A DNA stretch of 32,000 bases from Candidatus Thalassarchaeaceae archaeon (GTDB lineage: Archaea > Thermoplasmatota > Poseidoniia > Poseidoniales > Thalassarchaeaceae): NCBI GenBank assembly GCA_045568075.1, contig JBJLBP010000001.1, positions 960,001-992,000 on the forward strand. The letters run 5' to 3'. Each line of letters opens with the position of its first letter. Within the stretch, counting starts at the first letter, position 1. The notes under the pieces are model-generated. The model was not told the DNA's origin and did not search any database. It saw only the letters and a list, made by a program, of their open reading frames with translations. The position numbers were made by a program, and so were the translations under genes. This document shows positions 8,450 through 15,925 of this stretch, in pieces.

Positions 8450-8713
8450 ATGGTTGAAGTCAAAGAAATGGTCATCCCGCTCAGGGCTGCATGGAGAGTC
8501 CCTCGTACTAAGAGGGCTAACAGAGCGATGGCAGAGGTCAGAAAGCATGTCGCCAAGCACATGAAGCTCCAAGATGGAGAAGAGATGTACATCGATTCAG
8601 AAGTCAACGAGGTCATTTGGGCTCGTGGTATGCAGAAGCCTCCTCGCAAGATCAGAGTCGTCTGCACAAGAGATGAGGGATTCCCCCTCGAAGTTAAACT
8701 CGCGGAGGACTGA
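8450..8713 (+). CDS. rpl31e: 50S ribosomal protein L31e
   Basis: [39 protein letters not shown]...[16 protein letters not shown] is L31e-like. ATG at 8450 is preceded by GAGGTGATTG (8438-8447). The track start at 8441 is a GTG inside that SD box. Confidence 0.9.
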   Translation: MVEVKEMVIPLRAAWRVPRTKRANRAMAEVRKHVAKHMKLQDGEEMYIDSEVNEVIWARGMQKPPRKIRVVCTRDEGFPLEVKLAED

Positions 8714-8715
8714 AA

Positions 8716-8907
8716 ATGGGCAATATTCGACCTTCATTCATCAAGACACGTGCAAAGCGTCTTTTGGAGATTTATCCGGACAAGTTCACAGATAACTTCG
8801 ATACGAACAAGGACTTGGTAAGTGAATTCACTGACGTTGATAACAAGAGGATGCGCAATTGGATTGCGGGTTACATCACTCGTTACATCCAACGTCGCAC
8901 TGATTGA
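8716..8907 (+). CDS. rps17e: 30S ribosomal protein S17e
   Basis: 63-aa [35 protein letters not shown]... is a typical S17e N-terminus. GGAGGA SD box 6 nt upstream. Confidence 0.9.
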   Translation: MGNIRPSFIKTRAKRLLEIYPDKFTDNFDTNKDLVSEFTDVDNKRMRNWIAGYITRYIQRRTD

Positions 8908-8964
8908 ACATTGACTCGCCCGCTGGGCTAATCAGTAAACCCACTCTCGCATGGAGTGGTAGCG

Positions 8965-9741
8965 ATGGGTGAGAGAGCCAATATCTTGTATCCATCGTAT
9001 TCTGATCGAGTCTGTATCGTTTTGGTCGAACCAGCGATTGATGGCAATATTGGTGCTGTCGCTCGCTCAATGCTGAATTTTGGCTTCACCGACTTGAGGG
9101 TAGTTGGTAGAGAGGGTGATTGGTCGGAAGAAACTAGGAATCGCGCTAAGAACGCTCAGAATATTCTTGACTCTGCTCGTGTATCCGCTTCTTTGGAGGA
9201 AGCAGTGGATGACTGTTCCTTGGTTATTGGCACATCTGGGAAACGCGAACATGGTGACAAGATTTCATTTCGCCACTTCCTTCTTCCCGATGAATTGCCT
9301 AATCGACTTGATGATACATCCGGACTTATTGCACTAGTATTCGGAACTGAAGGCAAAGGGCTCTCTACAGAAGATCTCCATCTCTGTGACTTTCTTTGTA
9401 CAGTGCCAACGTGGGAAGGATATCCAATTCTCAACCTCAGTCATGCTGTGACACTTGTGTGTAGCTCATGGTTCGTAAATGAGATTTCTAATGCTTCTCG
9501 AGGAGATTTGGAAAAGTTGAGTTCAGTTGAAACTGTGAGGCTATTATCGCCTGAACTGCGACGCCAGTTTCGTGATGATGTAAGTCGGCTTGCTCAGGCG
9601 GTCCCAGTTCCTGAGAATAAGAGAAATGGAATCGAAGAAACTCTCACTAGAGTAATACTTCGTGGCATGCCGAAGGACGATGAAATATCCCGAATTTTAG
9701 GCGTCATTAACAAAGCGACTCAAGCGTTTGAAGATGAATAG
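8965..9741 (+). CDS. trmJ: SpoU/TrmH-class RNA 2'-O-methyltransferase, TrmJ/LasT-like
   Basis: VCIVLVEPAIDGNIGAVARSMLNFGF near the N-terminus, then LVFGTEGKGLS and LNLSHAV, are SPOUT motifs. ATG at 8965 preferred over the GTG at 8956. Confidence 0.75.
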   Translation: MGERANILYPSYSDRVCIVLVEPAIDGNIGAVARSMLNFGFTDLRVVGREGDWSEETRNRAKNAQNILDSARVSASLEEAVDDCSLVIGTSGKREHGDKISFRHFLLPDELPNRLDDTSGLIALVFGTEGKGLSTEDLHLCDFLCTVPTWEGYPILNLSHAVTLVCSSWFVNEISNASRGDLEKLSSVETVRLLSPELRRQFRDDVSRLAQAVPVPENKRNGIEETLTRVILRGMPKDDEISRILGVINKATQAFEDE

Positions 9742-10193
9742 TCTTGGGGAGTCCAACTTGCCCAACTCTTAGGCGTCTCGCGAACGTGCATTGCAACTAA
9801 TCTGAGTTGATTAGAATAGGATGAATTGATGTGTGGAGAGACCTGTTCGAACGCCCATTTCGCTAGATTTTCAGCAGTTGGGACGAAGTCAACAATGACT
9901 GTTCGATGACTGTCTCCCATTTGTTCAAGAGCTTTCAGAGCATCTTCATCTCCCGAATATACAACAAATGAGTGGTCAACAATATCATGAATCTGCTCAG
10001 TCAAAATTTTCGACACATCACTAAAATCGATTAGCATCCCTTCCTCCGAGACACCTTTTTCCGTAACGATATCACCTTCTATCTCAGCCTCCCATCGATA
10101 TCTATGGCCGTGCATGTGTCGGCATTTGCTCTTGTGATTAGGAACTCGATGTCCGGTATCAGTCTCAACCCATCTGCGTATTTTTGTTGTCAT
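9720..10193 (-). CDS. queD: 6-carboxy-5,6,7,8-tetrahydropterin synthase QueD (PTPS family)
   Basis: 157-aa ORF. GHRVPNHKSKCRHMHGHRY carries the catalytic Cys and Zn-His motifs of QueD/PTPS. Its ATG overlaps the queC stop (ATGA). Confidence 0.85.
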   Translation of the reverse strand: MTTKIRRWVETDTGHRVPNHKSKCRHMHGHRYRWEAEIEGDIVTEKGVSEEGMLIDFSDVSKILTEQIHDIVDHSFVVYSGDEDALKALEQMGDSHRTVIVDFVPTAENLAKWAFEQVSPHINSSYSNQLRLVAMHVRETPKSWASWTPQDYSSSNA

Positions 10194-11284
10194 TCTTTAC
10201 CCTCCTCAAATTCAAGACAAATTGAATTGATGCAATACCTTGGGCCAGATGATTCATGGAAGAGGTGTCCGAGGTGCGAATCACACTCTGAACATCGAAC
10301 CTCAATCCTTCTCATGCCGTGACTTAGATCCTCGACTTGTAGAATTTGAGCATCGCTTGATTCATCCGAGAAAGAAGGCCAACCACACCCTGAGTCGAAT
10401 TTACTGTTCGATTCAAATAATGTTCGACCACAATCAGCGCAGTTGTATTTTCCATCTTCGAAATGCTTGTCAAATTCTCCAGTGAACGGACGTTCGGTTG
10501 CATTTTCTTTCATGACTTGAAATCTTAATTGTGCTTTCAATGCACCAGTCAACACCATATTCCATGGCGCAATATACTCCACTGGGTCAGCGCGTCCTAT
10601 TGCATGGAATGCTAGTATTCGTTCAACATCAGCTCCACTGGTACCACTACTACGACCCTTTTCATCAGGATTGTAACTGGTATTTGTGTTAGCGAAGACT
10701 GTATCAAAGTCTAGACCCAGAGTTCTACATGCGACTAGGGATTCTCTGAGAATCACTTCTTTATCGCCATTGATGTAAGGGAGCGAGAACGACACTCTTT
10801 CACTATCCCAATTTCCAATTGCAAATGCATCACCAATCGCTGAATAAAATTCAGGCCTACAATCTGGATAGATGGCATGATCGCCAGAATGTACACCTAG
10901 AGCAATAACAACATCGGAATCTTCTCGATTTGCGACAGTAAGAGCATATCCGTAGAGAATTGATGCAAAGATTGCATTACGATTTGGAACTACAGTATCT
11001 TTCATCTGCGCCTCTTCGTAATGCCCTTCAGGAATATCAAAATCTTCACTTGTCAAGGCAGAATGAAACATCGACATTACACTAGACAAATCCCCTTGAT
11101 GATGTTCTACGTCATACCCATTCTTCCGCAGGTAGGCGATATTTGCCTCAGCGCGTTCTAATTCGATTTTGTGTTTCTGACCATAATCATATGAAATGCA
11201 ACTTACCTTGTAACCGTCAGCAAGTAATTTCAGCAACAGGCCTGTGGAATCCATACCACCTGAGAGCGCCATAACTGCCCGCAT
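10190..11284 (-). CDS. queC: Fusion protein: 7-cyano-7-deazaguanine synthase QueC (N-terminal) + peptide-methionine (R)-S-oxide reductase MsrB (C-terminal)
   Basis: N-terminal part has the PP-loop ALSGGMDSTG, NRNAIF and YPDCRPEF motifs of QueC. C-terminal ~120 aa reads ATERPFTGEF...YNCADCGRTLFES..KFDSGCGWPSF...RCSECDSHLGHLF...RYCINS, a complete MsrB. Start set at the ATG at 11284, which overlaps the queE stop (TGATG). The track ORF extends to 11329. Confidence 0.85.
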   Translation of the reverse strand: MRAVMALSGGMDSTGLLLKLLADGYKVSCISYDYGQKHKIELERAEANIAYLRKNGYDVEHHQGDLSSVMSMFHSALTSEDFDIPEGHYEEAQMKDTVVPNRNAIFASILYGYALTVANREDSDVVIALGVHSGDHAIYPDCRPEFYSAIGDAFAIGNWDSERVSFSLPYINGDKEVILRESLVACRTLGLDFDTVFANTNTSYNPDEKGRSSGTSGADVERILAFHAIGRADPVEYIAPWNMVLTGALKAQLRFQVMKENATERPFTGEFDKHFEDGKYNCADCGRTLFESNSKFDSGCGWPSFSDESSDAQILQVEDLSHGMRRIEVRCSECDSHLGHLFHESSGPRYCINSICLEFEEGKE

Positions 11285-11883
11285 CAGAGAACCCCCATCC
11301 ACTTGTGTGTCTGTAGGCTCAAGCGCCAACCTGGGCTTTGTTTGACTAGTTTTTCTACCACCTGGAAGGATTTACCATTCTCTTCGACTGAATCAGAATC
11401 AATGTAGCATGGTTGAATGAAATGATGGTCAAATCCATCCTTCAAACCATCGTACATTTCCAAACCCTGACCACAATAGACAACTTTCAATTCGTCTCCA
11501 GTGCGCTGCTTGATTTTGGAATTCGGATACAGTTGATCCTTAGGAGAAACACAAATCCAATCGATAACCGGATCGACAGGAATCGTCCCATTGGTTTCAA
11601 TGGACAGATTGATTCCATGTTCTTTGAGAATGGAGCCGATTGTCGCCAAATCCTGCATGGCAGGTTCTCCACCAGTGAAAATAACTCGGTCACAATTGTA
11701 GGACAATACTTCGTCTACAATCGAATCTAAGGTGCGTTCCTCATAGGTGAGGAAATCGGTATCGCACCATTCACAGCGTAGGTTGCAGTTTCCAAATCGA
11801 ACGAAAACATGTGGAATACCTGCATGGAAGCCTTCACCCTGTACAGAGTGAAAGATCTCAACAATTGGGTATAATTGTGACAT
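11284..11883 (-). CDS. queE: 7-carboxy-7-deazaguanine synthase QueE (radical SAM)
   Basis: 199-aa ORF with EIFHSVQGEG, the CNLRCEWCDT (CxxxCxxC) cluster motif and VIFTGGEP. Confidence 0.9.
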   Translation of the reverse strand: MSQLYPIVEIFHSVQGEGFHAGIPHVFVRFGNCNLRCEWCDTDFLTYEERTLDSIVDEVLSYNCDRVIFTGGEPAMQDLATIGSILKEHGINLSIETNGTIPVDPVIDWICVSPKDQLYPNSKIKQRTGDELKVVYCGQGLEMYDGLKDGFDHHFIQPCYIDSDSVEENGKSFQVVEKLVKQSPGWRLSLQTHKWMGVL

Positions 11884-11892
11884 ATCTTCAAC

Positions 11893-12453
11893 TCAATCTC
11901 TAATCAATTGCATCAATTCGGAACGCGCTTCTGCCTTGTCGAAGAAAACTCCTCGCATGGCTGAAGTGGTCATGATGGCATTTTGCTTCTTGACGCCTCT
12001 GCATTGCATGCATCCGTGTGAAGCTTCGATGATGACTGCACAACCAAGTGGGGACAGGTGTTCTTCAAGATCATCGGCAACATCCTTGGTAATCCGTTCT
12101 TGATTTTGCAATCTCCGGGCGTGTAAATCGACAATCCTTGCGAGTTTACTGATGCCAACGATACGTTCCGTAGGGATGTATGCCACATGTGCAATTCCAG
12201 TAAATGGTTGGAGGTGATGTTCACAAGTACTGTGGAATTCAATGTCCCTCAATAGGACGATTCCATTGTATCCTTCACCATTGAAGGTTGAATCTAGAAC
12301 GTCTGCTGGAGATTGGTCGTACCCTGAGTAGATTTCATCCCATGAATTGATTACACGAGATGGAGTCTCGAGAAGACCTTCTCTTGAAATATCATCTTCG
12401 ATGTACTCTAGTAGTGTTTTTACAGCATTTTCTGCTTCTTCACGTGAGACCAT
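11893..12453 (-). CDS. folE: GTP cyclohydrolase I (FolE type)
   Basis: 186-aa ORF with FHSTCEHHLQPFTGIAHVAYIP and EASHGCMQCRGV motifs. Confidence 0.9.
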   Translation of the reverse strand: MVSREEAENAVKTLLEYIEDDISREGLLETPSRVINSWDEIYSGYDQSPADVLDSTFNGEGYNGIVLLRDIEFHSTCEHHLQPFTGIAHVAYIPTERIVGISKLARIVDLHARRLQNQERITKDVADDLEEHLSPLGCAVIIEASHGCMQCRGVKKQNAIMTTSAMRGVFFDKAEARSELMQLIRD

Positions 12454-12627
12454 TCAATCATCTCCAATACGACCATGTCGGGCGTCAATAGCATCGAGTT
12501 GGTCGAGCATTTTCCGGCAAGCGGTGCGGATAGCATCGGCGACACTGACGAATTTCCCACTATCGCCAACATGTTGTTTCAGGTCATCCAGCAATTCTTG
12601 TGGGACGTCTAAACTGACTTTGGGCAT
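12454..12627 (-). CDS. Small ribbon-helix-helix (CopG/Arc/MetJ-like) DNA-binding protein, first gene of the preQ0 operon
   Basis: 57-aa ORF below the track cutoff, translated by hand: MPKVSLDVPQELLDDLKQHVGDSGKFVSVADAIRTACRKMLDQLDAIDARHGRIGDD. An N-terminal beta-strand (KVSLDVP) followed by two helices is the RHH pattern. Its TGA abuts the folE ATG (TGAATG). Confidence 0.6.
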   Translation of the reverse strand: MPKVSLDVPQELLDDLKQHVGDSGKFVSVADAIRTACRKMLDQLDAIDARHGRIGDD

Positions 12628-12655
12628 GAATTTCCGCGGAGGATTCGCTATTTAG

Positions 12656-12673
12656 GTATTACTGGAGTAATAC
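12656..12673. promoter_or_regulatory. Perfect inverted repeat GTATTAC-TGGA-GTAATAC next to a TATA-like box; candidate operator of the RHH/preQ0 operon
   Basis: Read directly. On the minus strand the order is IR, then TAAATA (plus coordinates 12649-12654), then the ATG 22-27 nt further on (12627). This implies a leaderless or near-leaderless transcript with the IR over the BRE position. Confidence 0.4.
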
Positions 12674-12683
12674 TCGGGTAATA

Positions 12684-13016
12684 TCAATCAAAATATTCCG
12701 CTAGTCCAGGATGTGCAAGACAGATTCTATCTGCTCGCTGGCGTAGCTGGTTCAGATGAGCCAATAATTCTTCTTTGTTACATCCCTGATCAATCATGTT
12801 AGAGAGGACAGAAATACCGCCTTGAATTACTCCAGCGTCAAGGTAAGCATCATTGCTGATTTCACCGGCAGAACGAAGCGCTGCGAGCGAAAGTGACATC
12901 TCTTCAGAGGCTTCTTTCGCCTCTTCACTACTGAGTTCGCCCCCATCCAACCTGTTGCCGATTTCACTAAGCATGTAGGAGCCTCCTGCATGCTCCTTTT
13001 GACGATTGTTTCGCAT
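12684..13016 (-). CDS. Hypothetical acidic alpha-helical protein, last gene of the mutase/epimerase transcription unit
   Basis: No recognisable motif. ATG at 13016 lies 5 nt after the epimerase stop. The alternative ATG at 12974 has a strong AGGAGG SD box 7 nt upstream and may be the real start (96 aa). Confidence 0.4.
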   Translation of the reverse strand: MRNNRQKEHAGGSYMLSEIGNRLDGGELSSEEAKEASEEMSLSLAALRSAGEISNDAYLDAGVIQGGISVLSNMIDQGCNKEELLAHLNQLRQRADRICLAHPGLAEYFD

Positions 13017-13021
13017 CAATT

Positions 13022-13441
13022 CTAATGTTGCACAAGTTCGACTAGGACTCCACCCGTCGAAGATGGATGAACGAATGCAATTCTACTCCCTGAAGTTCCA
13101 CTCACAGCCTCTTCATTGATCATTCTACACCCCATTTTTTTGAGTTGCGAAATCATGGAATCAATATCTTCGACTTCGACCGCTAATTGTTGAATCCCTT
13201 CACCCCTTCGTTCGATGAATCGCCCTATCGGGGAATTATCTCCGCGTGGTTCAAGTAACTCAATTCGGGGTAATGACGAATCATCAGGAGATGAAAAAAA
13301 GCGAATGTTCACACCTTGTTCCTCATTGACCTCGTCATCATCTTGAGTGAACCCAATTGCTGTCCAGAATGGAGTATATGTTTCCAAATTCTTTGTTGCA
13401 ATCCCTATATGGTCAACTCTAGGACTCATTTCAAACACCAC
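13022..13441 (-). CDS. mce: Methylmalonyl-CoA epimerase (VOC/glyoxalase superfamily)
   Basis: 139-aa ORF with VDHIGIATKNLE, RIELLEP, GEGIQQLAVEVEDID and RIAFVHPSSTGGVLVELVQ, the typical MCE pattern. Overlaps the mutase gene 3' end. Confidence 0.85.
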   Translation of the reverse strand: MVFEMSPRVDHIGIATKNLETYTPFWTAIGFTQDDDEVNEEQGVNIRFFSSPDDSSLPRIELLEPRGDNSPIGRFIERRGEGIQQLAVEVEDIDSMISQLKKMGCRMINEEAVSGTSGSRIAFVHPSSTGGVLVELVQH

Positions 13442-15020
13442 TTGGAGAAATCCACGTACCGAATACGTCTCGAAGAACAGAATTGACCTCGCCTAATGTT
13501 GCTTCATTGAGGTAAGCATCAATCATTGGGTCAAGTAAATTCTGACCTGAATTAGCAGCTTCGCGGATATTCGATAATTTCCTTTCGACAGTTTCACCAT
13601 CGCGTAGTTCTTTCATCTTTGATAATCTCAGTATTTGCTCTTGGGCCAATCCCATATCGAGTGTTTGAGCGCTTGATATCTCATTCTTGGCAGACTGGTG
13701 GAGATTAACACCAACAACTTCAGTTTTACCAGATTCAACAGAGTTCAATTGATTCCACGCACTGTCATGAATCTCACGTTGTTGGAATCCAGATATTACG
13801 CATTGTAATGCTCCGCCGCGCTCATCAATCAACATGATTAGTTCGCGCGCTTCATCGTAGAGTCGCTGTGTCAATTCCTCTACGAGATACGATCCCGCAA
13901 GTGGGTCTACTGATTCTGTAATCCTAGTTTCATGGGCAAGAATTTGTTGTGTTCTCAGAGCTAACCTTGCAGATTCTTCTGTAGGTAATCCAATCGCCTC
14001 ATCAAAGGAATTCGTGTGTAGGCTCTGCGTTCCACCCATTACGGCTGCCATCGCTTGGTAGGCAACCCTAACTGCATTATTCAATGGCTGTTGAGCAGTA
14101 AGAGTTACGCCAGCAGTCTGAGTATGAAATCTCAGTTTGGTAGATTTTGGATTGGATGGATTATACTTCTTAGTAACTAAGTCATGCCAAAGTGCACGAG
14201 CAGCTCGGAATTTTGCTACCTCTTCGAAGAAGTCATTATGACAACCAAAGAAGAAAGACATGCGAGGTGCAAAATCATCGATTTCTAGTCCTGCTGCTAT
14301 AGCCGAATCTGTGTATTGAAGCCCATTTGACAAGGTGAAAGCTAGTTCCTGGGCAGCCGTACAACCAGCCTCTCGCATGTGATAACCACTGATTGAAATT
14401 GTATTCCAATTAGGTGTGTTATCCTTACTCCAACTCATTAGATCCGTAGTCAATCTCATCGAAGGTTCTGGAGGGAAAACATACAATCCGCGTGCGATGT
14501 ATTCCTTCAGAATATCGTTTTGCACCGTCCCTCTCAGGGCACGCCTATCGACTCCACATTCCTCTGCATATGCTACGTACAAGGCATACAGTGATGTTGC
14601 TGGGGCATTAATTGTCATCGATGTCGATACACTACCTAAATCAATTCCATCAAAGAGAGTCCGCATATCGTGGATACTATCTATGGGAACTCCTACCTTG
14701 CCGACTTCTCCTTCTGCAGACAAATGATCTGAATCTAATCCTAATTGAGTTGGTAGGTCGAAGGCCACTGATAGTCCAGACTGCCCATTTTCTAGTAAAT
14801 CTCGAAACCTTGCATTTGTAGACCCAGCATCCGAAAATCCAGCATATTGTCTCATCGTCCATAACCTGCTACGGTACATATCGTTGTGTATTCCACGTGT
14901 GTACGGAGCCTGCCCTGCAGGTGGGTGACCAGTTGTCGGATGAGCAGTAGATGACAGTGAATCAGAGTCGGGATGAGATGCTCTATTCGTATGAAGGTGA
15001 GAATCCGAGTCCTCGTCCAT
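13431..15020 (-). CDS. Methylmalonyl-CoA mutase, large catalytic subunit (no B12-binding domain)
   Basis: APYTRGIHNDMYRSRLWTMRQYAGF, GLSVAFDLPTQLG and RMSFFFGCHNDFFEEVAKFRAAR motifs. Ends after the substrate-binding barrel. ATG at 15020 preferred; the track start at 15077 is a TTG. Confidence 0.9.
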   Translation of the reverse strand: MDEDSDSHLHTNRASHPDSDSLSSTAHPTTGHPPAGQAPYTRGIHNDMYRSRLWTMRQYAGFSDAGSTNARFRDLLENGQSGLSVAFDLPTQLGLDSDHLSAEGEVGKVGVPIDSIHDMRTLFDGIDLGSVSTSMTINAPATSLYALYVAYAEECGVDRRALRGTVQNDILKEYIARGLYVFPPEPSMRLTTDLMSWSKDNTPNWNTISISGYHMREAGCTAAQELAFTLSNGLQYTDSAIAAGLEIDDFAPRMSFFFGCHNDFFEEVAKFRAARALWHDLVTKKYNPSNPKSTKLRFHTQTAGVTLTAQQPLNNAVRVAYQAMAAVMGGTQSLHTNSFDEAIGLPTEESARLALRTQQILAHETRITESVDPLAGSYLVEELTQRLYDEARELIMLIDERGGALQCVISGFQQREIHDSAWNQLNSVESGKTEVVGVNLHQSAKNEISSAQTLDMGLAQEQILRLSKMKELRDGETVERKLSNIREAANSGQNLLDPMIDAYLNEATLGEVNSVLRDVFGTWISPSGV

Positions 15021-15073
15021 CAAGCCTCTGAGATGAAGGCGAGGGATGAACTCTGTGCTTGAGTTGAGACAAA

Positions 15074-15925
15074 TCAACGTCGAATGGTGTAATTGTCTAC
15101 TACGGCCAACAATCGTTCCGCTTGATTTGAATCGATTATCCCCTCTGCTTCCTTTTCATTTATGTATTGACGGGCATCTGCTGATGTTTGACGCTCACCC
15201 TTAGCCCAAATTGTTCCTAGAAGGGAAGAACGGTGCTCTTCATCGACATTAATCTCTTGCAAAAGTCCTCGGACTTCATACTTGTATTCCATGTGACGCG
15301 ACCGGTCCATCCGCCTCTCTCTATTCGCAGGCTGAAAACTCGGTTTTGGCCTGCGCCGACGCCGAGGAGGAGGAGGGGGCTTAGCAGGAACTGCCGCCCC
15401 AGTTTTCTTTTTCTCTACGATACTTGCATGTGCTCGAGCCTTCGAAGCTTCGATGATTTCCTTTGCTTTAGAACTGGTTTGATTCAATTGTTCTGTGGGC
15501 GATTCCGATTCGCTTTCTTCCACTGGTTGTAGCCCACGGGTACGGCGTTTAGGGGTGCCAAGAAGTTGCTCTTCGAGAATCTCTTCATTCTCGACAACTT
15601 CTGTTTCTTCGACCACAGGAGTTTCAGTAACAGTTGGAGGAGTTGCGGCTGGAACAGGCGCAGGAGCTGATACTGGTTTTGGTGGAGAGGGTGTTGGTTT
15701 AGGTGTGGGAGGTGGGCTTTGAGTCTTGGTCGGGGTAGATGTTTTCCTAGCCTCTTGGTGACGAGGCTTTGGAGAGGGTTTCGAGGATCTGCCGCCTGAG
15801 CCTTTATTGAAGATGTTCTTCGGTTGGCTTTTCGGCTTCCTACGTCTCTGCACTGGTGAATCTACCTCCTGTCTGTTCGCCGGACACCCGTTTGATAAGG
15901 CTTCGCAGTCGAATGTTAATCCCAA
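15074..15925 (-). CDS. Hypothetical protein: basic Pro/Lys/Thr-rich disordered N-terminal ~210 aa plus a small folded C-terminal domain
   Basis: 852-nt open frame without stops in a moderate-GC genome. Contains TPPPTPKPTPSPPKPVSAPAPVPAATPP and KPPPPPRRRRRPKP tracts. The C-terminal ~75 aa (YKYEVRGLLQEINVDEEHRSSLLGTIWAKGERQ...LLAVVDNYTIRR) looks globular. Overlaps the kae1 stop by 10 nt. Confidence 0.45.
   Translation of the reverse strand: MGLTFDCEALSNGCPANRQEVDSPVQRRRKPKSQPKNIFNKGSGGRSSKPSPKPRHQEARKTSTPTKTQSPPPTPKPTPSPPKPVSAPAPVPAATPPTVTETPVVEETEVVENEEILEEQLLGTPKRRTRGLQPVEESESESPTEQLNQTSSKAKEIIEASKARAHASIVEKKKTGAAVPAKPPPPPRRRRRPKPSFQPANRERRMDRSRHMEYKYEVRGLLQEINVDEEHRSSLLGTIWAKGERQTSADARQYINEKEAEGIIDSNQAERLLAVVDNYTIRR

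Noticed and set aside
9720-12627. Possibility that the folE-queE-queC-queD cluster is a Dpd-type 7-deazaguanine DNA-modification or anti-restriction system
   Set aside because: No TGT/DpdA-like transglycosylase, helicase or nuclease genes are present in or next to the operon. The neighbours are housekeeping genes. Supplying preQ0 for tRNA archaeosine is the simpler explanation.
12347-12655. 102-aa plus-strand ORF over the folE 5' end and upstream region
   Set aside because: It is Ser/Arg-rich and antisense to folE. The minus-strand 57-aa RHH ORF explains the region better, since its stop abuts the folE ATG and it has an RHH pattern.
15233-15722. Plus-strand ORFs (99 and 75 aa) opposite the Pro-rich protein gene
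   Set aside because: These are the Gly/Arg/Ser-rich mirror image of the Pro-rich frame. The minus-strand frame is much longer (283 codons) and is overlapped and coupled to kae1.
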